Below are positions 44,452 to 52,327 of a stretch of 55,762 nucleotides of DNA, in pieces (position 1 is the stretch's first letter; each line of letters begins with the position of its first letter). The DNA comes from a virus (lineage: Duplodnaviria; Caudoviricetes), in IMG/VR virus record IMGVR_UViG_3300012862_000041, positions 1-55,762 of that record; one strand, given 5' to 3'. The translations under genes and the position numbers were made by a program. The notes below the pieces were generated by a model that did not search any database, was not told where the DNA came from, and worked only from the letters and a program-made list of their open reading frames with translations.

Positions 44452-45099
44452 ATGGCCAACACCGGCAAGGTCTTTGCCACCTGGCAGCACTTCCCCATGT
44501 CCGAATGGCGCTGGCCGAATTTCACCCCACAGGAAATCGCCAGCAAGGGCGAAGGCGAGCTGCTGATCGACGCGGACGCTATGGATAAGCTCCAGAAGCT
44601 CCGCAACATCCTCGGCAAGCCGCTGGTCGTTACGAGCGCATACCGTTCGGCCGCTCACAATACCAAGGTAGGCGGCGCGAAGAACAGCCAGCACCGACTG
44701 GGCAAGGCCTTCGATATCGTGATGGCCAACCACGACCCCGCCCATTTCGAGAGCGCGGCAAAGGCCGTTGGTTTCACCGGCATCGGTCATTATCCGAAGT
44801 CTGGCTTCATGCACATTGACACCGGCCCGGCCCGCCGCTGGAACGATGGCAGCGACTTTCCGAAGGCTGCAACAGCCACGCCGAACTTTCAGCCGGAGCC
44901 TAAGCGCGAGACGATCAAGGACATCATCACCAAGCCCGAGGTGCTGACCGGCGCCGGCGGCGTTCTGACCGGGGCAGGGGCTATCTCCCAAGGTTCGGGT
45001 CCGGTGCAATTCGCCCTGGGCATTGTGCTGGTCCTTGTCGTCTGCGCATTCATCGCATGGATGGTCAGCAAGGCGCTCTCAGGGCCGAAAGAGGTCTGA
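44452..45099 (+). CDS. Endolysin, peptidase M15A family, with C-terminal TM segment
   Basis: SAYRS..HN..VGGA.NSQH..G.A.D and FMHID Zn-peptidase motifs. Confidence 0.9.
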   Translation: MANTGKVFATWQHFPMSEWRWPNFTPQEIASKGEGELLIDADAMDKLQKLRNILGKPLVVTSAYRSAAHNTKVGGAKNSQHRLGKAFDIVMANHDPAHFESAAKAVGFTGIGHYPKSGFMHIDTGPARRWNDGSDFPKAATATPNFQPEPKRETIKDIITKPEVLTGAGGVLTGAGAISQGSGPVQFALGIVLVLVVCAFIAWMVSKALSGPKEV

Positions 45100-45102
45100 T
45101 CC

Positions 45103-45336
45103 ATGCTCTCCAAGTTCAAGACGTTCGCGGCCCTTTGCGGGGCCTTTTTTGTGGCCGTGGTAATTGCGTTCCTGAAGGGGCGCAAGGCCGGGGTCGACCA
45201 TATCGAGGCGGAGCAGTCAGCCCGCCGCGTTCAATCCATGAAAGACCGAAGGGCGGTTGACGATGACGTTCAAAACCTTGGTAGCAATGACGTTGACACT
45301 GGTCTTGCTCGCTGGATGCGCGACGACGAGCGGTGA
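45103..45336 (+). CDS. Inner-membrane spanin (Rz-like)
   Basis: N-terminal TM plus helical domain, overlapped by a lipoprotein gene. Confidence 0.7.
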   Translation: MLSKFKTFAALCGAFFVAVVIAFLKGRKAGVDHIEAEQSARRVQSMKDRRAVDDDVQNLGSNDVDTGLARWMRDDER

Positions 45337-45454
45337 TTTCTGCGACGCCGCATCGCCCATCCGGCCATCAATTCAGGATCAGATGACGGGCGGTACAAAG
45401 CGCCAAATACTTGCTCACAACGAATACGGCGCTCGCGCCTGCCGGTGGAATTGA
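45287..45454 (+). CDS. Outer-membrane spanin lipoprotein (Rz1-like)
   Basis: LLAGC lipobox; DFC...PI...QILAHN..G..AC.W; start uncertain (45257-45287). Confidence 0.75.
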   Translation: MTLTLVLLAGCATTSGDFCDAASPIRPSIQDQMTGGTKRQILAHNEYGARACRWN

Positions 45455-45457
45455 CCC

Positions 45458-45787
45458 ATGACCGACCCCATCCAGACATTCTTCGGCATCAAGGTCACAA
45501 CCTTGGCCGCGTCCTTCATTATGGCCCTGCTGGCGGTGCTGCTCGACATTAGGCGGCACAGCTTTGTCACAGGCGTGCTCGCGGTGATCTGCGGCATGGC
45601 GGTTGCTGTTCTGGCGACCGATCCAATCGTGGCCAACCTCAACCTCCCTGGCGACTGGTCACATGCCGTTGCAGGGGTGCTGGGCATCTCTGGCCGGAAC
45701 CTTGTGATTTGGGTGGGGCTGGTCAGCAAAGACCCACTGGCAGCGTGGAACCGCTGGCGTGGCAAGGAGCCGAAGAAGGACGCCTAG
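45458..45787 (+). CDS. Putative holin
   Basis: Three hydrophobic helices, basic C-terminus, in lysis cassette. Confidence 0.6.
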   Translation: MTDPIQTFFGIKVTTLAASFIMALLAVLLDIRRHSFVTGVLAVICGMAVAVLATDPIVANLNLPGDWSHAVAGVLGISGRNLVIWVGLVSKDPLAAWNRWRGKEPKKDA

Positions 45788-45856
45788 TAGATGGCGGTCT
45801 ATGCGGGCGAAACACTTGTGAACGCGATCCGTCACTGGTTACGCATTCCTTAGCTT

Positions 45857-45871
45857 GTTCTCTTTCTGTTC
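45857..45871 (+). promoter_or_regulatory. Alphaproteobacterial LexA (SOS) box
   Basis: GTTC-TCTTTCT-GTTC followed by a TATAAG -10-like element. Confidence 0.75.
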
Positions 45872-45913
45872 TGATTATAAGACTCGGAACCTTGCGACAT
45901 AGCGAGGTTCAAA

Positions 45914-46102
45914 ATGTCAGGCATGGGCCACAATCACGAAGCCCCATATACGGTAGAGCAGGCCACTCTTCTCACCTTGCTTCAGAACAAGGGTTTTTGG
46001 GCACCGAGCTTCGGTACAAGGAATGAAAAGCTCGCATGGCTGGAGCAGAATCGTTGGCGCGTCGATCCGGACGCCAAGCGACCAGAGCCCAGTGGTAACT
46101 GA
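45914..46102 (+). CDS. Small hypothetical protein (LexA-regulated)
   Basis: GAGG RBS, downstream of the SOS box. Confidence 0.55.
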   Translation: MSGMGHNHEAPYTVEQATLLTLLQNKGFWAPSFGTRNEKLAWLEQNRWRVDPDAKRPEPSGN

Positions 46103-46119
46103 TTGCCACAGGGTTCATC

Positions 46120-46482
46120 ATGTCCATGACGCCGAGCCGTCGCGTGGTCGAAAGCCTTACGATTGCGGATATAGCGATAGATGGCAGGCTATTCGTGGTT
46201 CGGTGCAATTACTGCCGCCGCACAACCTATTTCCTCGCCTCTGATCTGGCTAAGTTCTACGGGGAAAAGAAGCTCGTCAAAGACCTGTTTCACCGGTGCT
46301 CTAAGTGCGGGCAATTCGAGTTCATGCATGTCGGCCATCGGTTCCCCGATTTTGACGATGATGGCGCCCTGACCATCCGGCGGCCGCGCCAGATATGGCA
46401 GTGGAAAGACGAAATCTACTGGAAGGACGGCAAGCCGCCCAATATCGGCAAGGACGGGAAAATTCGCACTAAAGAGAGTTGA
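46120..46482 (+). CDS. Zinc-ribbon hypothetical protein
   Basis: CNYC...CSKCG. Confidence 0.7.
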   Translation: MSMTPSRRVVESLTIADIAIDGRLFVVRCNYCRRTTYFLASDLAKFYGEKKLVKDLFHRCSKCGQFEFMHVGHRFPDFDDDGALTIRRPRQIWQWKDEIYWKDGKPPNIGKDGKIRTKES

Positions 46483-47152
46483 TCAGCGGCTTCTTGGTGT
46501 CCGTGCCGTCATATCGGGAATTGTTGACTGCGCGGTCGACGCGGAAAAACTCAAGCTGTCCGTCGATCTGTGCGTCGAGCAGCAATGCCTTGGCATCTGA
46601 GCCTTGGATGCCTGTATCAAGCCAGGTCGAATAAGCCTCTGGCGGCAGGATCACCGGCATGCGGTTGTGAATATGGGCGATATGCTCGACCGCGGGCGCC
46701 GTGATGATCGTGCAGCTGGTGACACCCAGATTGTCATTGTGCGCCCATATCCCGGCAAAGCTGAAGGGCTTTCCTTCGGGCAGTTGTAACAACCACGGGT
46801 CTTTCTTTCCGTCTTCCTCATTGGCTATCCACTCGAAATAGCCGTCTGCCGGAATCAGGCAGCGCCGCGACTTGAAGCCATCTCGAAATGCCGGTGAGGA
46901 ATCGACTGTTTCGATCCGAGCATTGAACATTGCGGCCTTTGGCAATTCCTTCGCCCAATGCGGCACCAGCCACCAGCGGCCCCGGTTGAGCTCTATGTTC
47001 CCGGCCTTGTCTAGATGGGCGAAATCCACGTCCTGAGTTGGCGCTATGTTGAAGCGCGGCTGCGAGTTGGTCTTTGCAGGGCCGGGATTGTGGATCGAAT
47101 AGAGCGCGTGAAGCTCTGCCCATGTCATTTCGTTGGTGAAGCGTCCGCACAT
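46469..47152 (-). CDS. SRAP family (YedK/HMCES-like) abasic-site protein
   Basis: MCGRF N-terminus, FNIAPTQ, FNARIET, RRCLIPADGYFEW, IHNRMPVIL. Confidence 0.95.
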   Translation of the reverse strand: MCGRFTNEMTWAELHALYSIHNPGPAKTNSQPRFNIAPTQDVDFAHLDKAGNIELNRGRWWLVPHWAKELPKAAMFNARIETVDSSPAFRDGFKSRRCLIPADGYFEWIANEEDGKKDPWLLQLPEGKPFSFAGIWAHNDNLGVTSCTIITAPAVEHIAHIHNRMPVILPPEAYSTWLDTGIQGSDAKALLLDAQIDGQLEFFRVDRAVNNSRYDGTDTKKPLINSL

Positions 47153-47577
47153 TACAAACCCTCCTGATCTGCAAGGGTGCCCCACTCGGGGCGCCAAATT
47201 CCGGCTTCGTTGAGCATGATAGCGACGCCGGTATATCCCATCAGTTCCACAAGAGCGTCCGCGCGTCGCAGTGCATCGAGAACGGGGAAGGGGCCCATTT
47301 CGCTCCCGGCCTCATAGACGCCATTGGCCGTGACCTGAGCGCACCAGTAGATGCTGGCGCTTGGCTCGACATATGAAAGACCAGAAACAAGCATGTCGAC
47401 GCTGGTCCCGGCGATGCCTACCATTATGCTGCTTAAGGAAATTTCATCTGCATTGGTGGTCCAGCGATAGACGCGCCGACGCTGAATGTCGGCAAGCTGC
47501 TGGTCGAGGCTCTCAAGCAATCGCCTCGATTCCTGTTCGGAATTTTCACTGTTCGGTACGCGCGCCATGGCGGGCAT
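47152..47577 (-). CDS. Hypothetical protein coupled to SRAP
   Basis: TAATG overlap; C-terminal W.PEWG.L; start uncertain. Confidence 0.55.
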   Translation of the reverse strand: MPAMARVPNSENSEQESRRLLESLDQQLADIQRRRVYRWTTNADEISLSSIMVGIAGTSVDMLVSGLSYVEPSASIYWCAQVTANGVYEAGSEMGPFPVLDALRRADALVELMGYTGVAIMLNEAGIWRPEWGTLADQEGL

Positions 47578-47623
47578 AATGGCATGCGATTCTCCCTCCC
47601 GCTACAGATTGCTACAGAACACT

Positions 47624-47857
47624 ATGCCTACTGAATACCGCATCTCTGGTCACGATATTGGCGAAGGCGCACAGAAGCGCACACCGAAAGCCGCCGTCCA
47701 TATTTGCGAGGTCTGTGGTTTCGAGGGAGCGCCGTTTGGCGTGCTTCGAGGCGACACAACGCTGAGCTATTGCGGTTATGAGGTCGGACAGCCGAAGTGC
47801 GTCGGGAAGGGCAAGGCGGCACAACCGCAGCCGGTAGCGCCATCCGCGCCTTGGTAG
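47624..47857 (+). CDS. Small Cys-containing hypothetical protein
   Basis: H.CEVCG...APFG......SYC motif. Confidence 0.55.
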   Translation: MPTEYRISGHDIGEGAQKRTPKAAVHICEVCGFEGAPFGVLRGDTTLSYCGYEVGQPKCVGKGKAAQPQPVAPSAPW

Positions 47858-47906
47858 AATGTGCGTGGGCTAGCCTTCTTCTCCTATAGGGTAAGAAGGG
47901 CGAACA

Positions 47907-47936
47907 CAAAAAAGGCTAACCCGAAAATGGTTAGCC
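47907..47936 (-). terminator. Terminator downstream of tRNA-Tyr
   Basis: GGCTAACC-N7-GGTTAGCC with A-tracts on the plus strand (T7 downstream on the minus strand). Confidence 0.6.
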
Positions 47937-47983
47937 AAAAAACCGAGCTAAGTGATTGATTTGATTGTGCCTCAGAAGGGCGG

Positions 47984-48068
47984 TGGTGGAGGGGACTGGA
48001 TTCGAACCAGTGTAGCCTGAGGCGTCAGATTTACAGTCTGATGGATTTAACCACTCTCCCACCCCTCC
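47984..48068 (-). tRNA. tRNA-Tyr(GTA); probable prophage attachment site
   Basis: GGAGGGG/CCCCTCC acceptor, A73-CCA, anticodon loop CTGTAAA, long variable arm. Confidence 0.97.
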
Positions 48069-48268
48069 ACATTTTTCCGGGTAGGAAACGAACGCGCTTT
48101 GTGTTCGTCGGGGCGGTTTATGGTGGGCTGTCGCAAAGGTGTCAACTCCCTTGCGCATATCTCCCGCAAGAAATTGTTCAATCAGCTGTTTTTATGCTGG
48201 CCGTCCACAGCGCGCCCTTGCCATGTCGGCGGCAATCTTGCTAAGCGAGGCCATGGCATCGCCTTCGG

Positions 48269-48342
48269 GCGGGTATAGCTCAATGGTAGAGCAGCAGCCT
48301 TCCAAGCTGAATACGCGGGTTCGATTCCCGCTACCCGCTCCA
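48269..48342 (+). tRNA. tRNA-Gly(TCC); probable attachment site of the second element
   Basis: GCGGGTA/TACCCGC acceptor, U73-CCA, anticodon loop CTTCCAA. Confidence 0.97.
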
Positions 48343-48432
48343 GCTTCCCAAACGATCCAATTAACTATACGCCTGAAAACGCTGAGTTTTCTTGTGTCTT
48401 GGCAGTTGCGTTTCCAGCTTCGTCGCTCAATC

Positions 48433-48465
48433 TGTGCTACAGAGTGTGCCTCAAACTGCGCTACA
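48433..48465 (+). repeat. Three 9-mers at 12-bp period (putative integrase arm-type sites)
   Basis: TGTGCTACA, TGTGCCTCA, TGCGCTACA at 48433, 48445, 48457. Confidence 0.55.
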
Positions 48466-48475
48466 CGCGCTCGCG

Positions 48476-49870
48476 ATGGAGGGGGAGCTGGCTAGGCTTG
48501 GTGATATTGACCGCTATCTTAAACGCCGAGGCCACAGTTGGGTCTACTACCGGCGCGTACCCACCGCTTTGGCAGCATTGGACCCGCGCGCGCCGTTTAT
48601 CAGGCACGCCTTGGGCACCCGTGACCTTGCCATAGCGCGAAGGGCTCGAGATCTTCTGGCGGCAGCAGATGACGAACTGTGGGCATCCCTCACGCTTGGC
48701 GAAAACGTTGACCGCTCCAGAAGTCGTTACGCGGCCGCCGTTAAGCGCGTCAAAGCCATGGGATTTGGCTATACTCCTGCGGAAGAGCTCGGTCGATCCG
48801 CTTCCTGGGACGAGCTTTCCAGCCGGATGGAGGCAATCCTACGCCCAAATACTCCACGCGATGTGGAGCAGGCTATACTTGGCACCGTAACGCCACCCCA
48901 AGACCGGTTCGAAGACGCACTCAGGATTTATGTCGAGGGCCCGGGCAAGCTCGTGCTTGCGAACAAGAGCCCCAACCAGCTCCGCATATGGAAAAATATC
49001 CCCAAGCGAGCGATCGGGCGCTTTGTTGAAGTGGTGGGCGACAAGGCACTCGTTGATATACGCCGAGAAGATGCAGTCAAATTTTATCGGTTCTGGCTCA
49101 ACCGCATCATGCCGGACGATGATGCTGAGCCAATGCATCCGAGCTCTGGCAATCGGGAGATTGGCGAGCTTCGGAAACTTTATCGCGAGTACTTCTCCTT
49201 TGAGCATAACGATAAGGAGCGTTTGAATCCGTTCATTGGGCTTGGCTTCCCCGAGGACGGCTCCGATACGCGACCGCCTTTCCCGATTGTCTGGATTAGG
49301 GAGAAGTTCCTGACCGCGGGCCCCCTTGTCGGGTTGAACGCAGAAGCGAGAGGCGTTCTGCTTGCCATGATCGAAACCGGATGCCGTCCGTCTGAGATCT
49401 GCAACCTGACTCCCGGCGCCATTGTCCTTGATGCTGAGGTGCCTTACATCTCCGTTCGCCCGCGACGTGCAACTGACAGGAAGAACAAAGAGGTAAAACA
49501 GTTCGGGCCACACGAGGTAAAGAGCGCGGCCTCGATACGAACTATCCCGCTGGTTGGTGTTGCCCTTAAGGTCTTCGAGCGCTTCCCCGAGGGGTTCCCT
49601 CGATATATGGACAAGACCGGCACAGCCTCCCAGACAATCAACACATACTTGGAAGAGAATGGGCTGCTGCCCACCCAAGAACATACGCTTTATGGTCTGC
49701 GTCACACTTTTGAAGATCGGATGAAGCGCGCCGAAATCGATTATGAGGTGCGTATGGGTCTATTCGGGCACACAGTGTCTCGTCCAACTTACGGGGCAGG
49801 TGGAGGGCTTGTTTGGCAGAGAGACTTGCTGGCCGCCATGGCTTTGGACTTCGACCAAGAAGTGATCTGA
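48476..49870 (+). CDS. Tyrosine integrase with DUF6538-like N-terminal domain
   Basis: YLKRRG..W.YYRRVP; catalytic TGCRPSEI, K, YGLRH, FGH, PTYG. Confidence 0.92.
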   Translation: MEGELARLGDIDRYLKRRGHSWVYYRRVPTALAALDPRAPFIRHALGTRDLAIARRARDLLAAADDELWASLTLGENVDRSRSRYAAAVKRVKAMGFGYTPAEELGRSASWDELSSRMEAILRPNTPRDVEQAILGTVTPPQDRFEDALRIYVEGPGKLVLANKSPNQLRIWKNIPKRAIGRFVEVVGDKALVDIRREDAVKFYRFWLNRIMPDDDAEPMHPSSGNREIGELRKLYREYFSFEHNDKERLNPFIGLGFPEDGSDTRPPFPIVWIREKFLTAGPLVGLNAEARGVLLAMIETGCRPSEICNLTPGAIVLDAEVPYISVRPRRATDRKNKEVKQFGPHEVKSAASIRTIPLVGVALKVFERFPEGFPRYMDKTGTASQTINTYLEENGLLPTQEHTLYGLRHTFEDRMKRAEIDYEVRMGLFGHTVSRPTYGAGGGLVWQRDLLAAMALDFDQEVI

Positions 49871-49893
49871 TATCAGCCGAGAGAGGTATTGGC

Positions 49894-50631
49894 CTACCGC
49901 TTGCGCAAAAATGACGGATCCAAGGTAGCTCGCTGGCGAATACCCTCGAGTATTCGATTCTTGCCAGGCTCGTTTTGTATTTTGCTATGCTCAAGCAAGC
50001 GGAGCCAAACGTCATCGGAATCGTCCTGGTATCCGCTCGCGATCGCCGACTCTATCTCGGGAAACTCTGTGCTGAGCTCTGTGAGCTTCTTTAGCAAAAC
50101 TCGCTGTGTCTTTTCGCTATTCTCAAACAGCAATTTCTCGACGCTTCTTGCCCTGTCAACGGCCTCGCCCGTAAGCGCTTTGAGCCCATCCACTTTGATT
50201 GCGAATACCTGAAGGCCCCATTTCCTATTCAGCGTCAAGAGCGCCGCTGCGATGAATGGATCGCAATCGAGCAGCACGTCCACGTCTGCGACCAACAGCG
50301 AGAAATTTTTGGCCCCGACCGTGCGTGACAGCCCTGCGAACGTCCGCCTGTCCAAAATGCTGCTTTCGCGGAAAACGCGAATGTAACCGGAATGGTCCCT
50401 AAACACGGCTCTGCTGCCGACATAATCGTCGTCATAGTAGATCTGCTTTATTGTGGGAGTTCTCTCGTCAATTTTGCCCGCGATGAGCTTAATCGCCCGT
50501 AGGTCTTCATCGTCTTTACTACTGATACCCCGTGGCACCTGATAGCAGACGACCGGTCCAAGCATTCCCATCGGCGTTTCCCATAGCTGCGACCAAATCA
50601 AGCATGGGACGATTAATAAAACTTGAGCCAT
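49894..50631 (-). CDS. Hypothetical protein, possibly a degenerate serine-recombinase-like fold
   Basis: VVCY...IYYDD..VG...DR..F..L...LLVADVD.L...GLQVFAI follows the resolvase secondary-structure pattern; start may be later. Confidence 0.5.
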   Translation of the reverse strand: MAQVLLIVPCLIWSQLWETPMGMLGPVVCYQVPRGISSKDDEDLRAIKLIAGKIDERTPTIKQIYYDDDYVGSRAVFRDHSGYIRVFRESSILDRRTFAGLSRTVGAKNFSLLVADVDVLLDCDPFIAAALLTLNRKWGLQVFAIKVDGLKALTGEAVDRARSVEKLLFENSEKTQRVLLKKLTELSTEFPEIESAIASGYQDDSDDVWLRLLEHSKIQNEPGKNRILEGIRQRATLDPSFLRKR

Positions 50632-50709
50632 TTTTCCTTCGGTGGGCCGAGTTTTTCGATCACGGCCTTGGATAGCGTTCTCGACGTTGCCAATCGTTGA
50701 GGGTCCGGG

Positions 50710-50949
50710 ATGCTCCCGCCAAAAGCTAAAGCCCGCTCAGTTCAGCAATGCGAGCTCTATCTCGAACGCCTGACCGCAATGATGCGGCGAGCGGGGGCAG
50801 TCGAGGCCCGCAGGCTTCTGCCGTTGGCGGTGCGCCTCAAGAAAGAATTAGCCCACGCAAAGGCGGAAGAGGAGTTGCTGCAAGAGATCCTTGGTGTGTC
50901 GGCAGATCGGCCAGCGGGAGAAAACGACAGGGAGCCGGAGCATGACTGA
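50710..50949 (+). CDS. Small helical hypothetical protein
   Basis: GAGG RBS, upstream of the relaxase. Confidence 0.55.
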   Translation: MLPPKAKARSVQQCELYLERLTAMMRRAGAVEARRLLPLAVRLKKELAHAKAEEELLQEILGVSADRPAGENDREPEHD

Positions 50950-51114
50950 CGCGCCGCTGCTCCTAATCAAGCCCACTGACGCTACCCGTAAATCTGTAGC
51001 GACGCGTGTCTTTCAGCTCGCGCTCGACGCCCGAACTGAACTGGACTCCGGTATCAACCGCAAACTGAACGCCCTCCAAAAAGACAGTCAATGCTCTGCA
51101 GCCGAGGCTGCGAC

Positions 51115-52272
51115 ATGACAATTTTTGCATACACCCACAGCCAGGCTATCAAGACCAAACAGCGTCTCAAAGATCTCGAGCGCCACGGGCTGCGCTTGGA
51201 CCGATTGGCGCGAGAAAACCTGAGATCGGGCGCCGTTGCAGGAGCTGGTCTAGATTGGCCAAACTATGATGGCCGCCGGCTAACCAAGGCATACGCCGAT
51301 TTCAAGAAGCGCAACGATGTGGATCCGCGAAAAGGAGCTCAGCTTCTTCATACCATTGGAATTGGCGTTTCGCCCAGTTGGATAAGGGAAACCGGCGACC
51401 TCCATGACCCCGCCAACCCTCGAAACGTCCAAGTCTTCGATGCAGCTATCGCGTGGGTCAAAAGTTTTGCTGGCGACGATGCGATTGTCAGCGCTCGGAT
51501 GGATCTGGACGAGGAGGGCGGTGGTTGGGTGGACGTGTACTTCGCGCCGATCCGGCAGCAGAAATACAAAGGCCGAACGCAAACGAAATCAATTATTTCA
51601 GTCAACATGTGCTTGGAGGAAACTGCAGTCAGCTTGGGCTATCCAAAAGGATCTCACTACACTGCTCTGAACACTGGCTGGGCCAAATTCGCCCAGCAGC
51701 ATCTCGACCCAGCCATTGAGCGTGGAAGGCCACGAAGCGACACCGGCAAGGAGCATCTCACCCCTCGGCAGTACAAGGCTGAAAAAAGGGCTGAGAAGAA
51801 AGCCGCAGATGCTGCCGCAGCCGAGCAGAAGGCCATTGAGCAGAAGTCGGTGCTGGAGGCAGCAACGGTCGCTGTCGAAGAAGAGCGCAAAGAACTGAAC
51901 CGCTCCTTCGAAGACACCACAAAGACCCTAATGGAAATATTTACGGATCCCAATCTCGATAACCTTGAGCCGAAACCTGCAGTGGGTACCTGGAAGGCCC
52001 CGCAGTCCCTCGTTTCGAGGGCGAACAAGTTGGGGCCATTGAAAAGCACTGTCCTCAAAGTTCTGGATGCGCTTGCTGCTAAGATGGCTGAAATCAGGGT
52101 TCGCCTGGACGCCATTTTGAAGCGAGAGCAGCAGTTGGATCAGGTCATCGGAGAGTTGGTGGAGATGAAAGACCGCCTCAAGGCAGAGGATGCCGAAGTC
52201 GTCGACAGGGCGCGAGCGCTGGTCCGTTCAGCCGAGGACCATACCGCTATGGACGATCCGTCGCCCCAGTAA
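51115..52272 (+). CDS. MOBV (Mob/Pre)-like relaxase, variant active site
   Basis: ERHGLR.D motif I, IGVSPSW motif II, SARMDLDE....VDVYFAPI motif III, RG.P...TG.EHL...QYK, coiled-coil tail. Confidence 0.75.
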   Translation: MTIFAYTHSQAIKTKQRLKDLERHGLRLDRLARENLRSGAVAGAGLDWPNYDGRRLTKAYADFKKRNDVDPRKGAQLLHTIGIGVSPSWIRETGDLHDPANPRNVQVFDAAIAWVKSFAGDDAIVSARMDLDEEGGGWVDVYFAPIRQQKYKGRTQTKSIISVNMCLEETAVSLGYPKGSHYTALNTGWAKFAQQHLDPAIERGRPRSDTGKEHLTPRQYKAEKRAEKKAADAAAAEQKAIEQKSVLEAATVAVEEERKELNRSFEDTTKTLMEIFTDPNLDNLEPKPAVGTWKAPQSLVSRANKLGPLKSTVLKVLDALAAKMAEIRVRLDAILKREQQLDQVIGELVEMKDRLKAEDAEVVDRARALVRSAEDHTAMDDPSPQ

Positions 52273-52327
52273 TTGACGAAGCGTTTGCATTCACCGGCGA
52301 TAAAATGGATTAGTGGCAGCATATTGA

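Larger units (their letters stand above)
1..47983. mobile_element. Lambdoid siphoviral prophage (left end outside window), bounded on the right by the 3' end of tRNA-Tyr
   Basis: Ordered modules: recombination, cI/cro switch, replication, terminase, HK97-type head, tail, tape measure, lysis; ends next to the tRNA-Tyr CCA end. The second att copy is not in the window. Confidence 0.95.

Noticed and set aside
43888-44504. Diversity-generating retroelement TR/VR pair
   Set aside because: No reverse transcriptase in the window; the repeat includes RBS and gene start and mismatches are not confined to adenines
45129-45150. Terminator-like hairpin GGCCC-TTTGCG-GGGCC-T6 inside the Rz-like gene
   Set aside because: Short stem; the T-run is explained by Phe codons of the TM helix; function cannot be supported
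1-47983. Gene transfer agent or defective prophage
   Set aside because: GTA-like tail genes are present, but so are repressor, replication and lysis modules; the missing integrase is explained by window truncation
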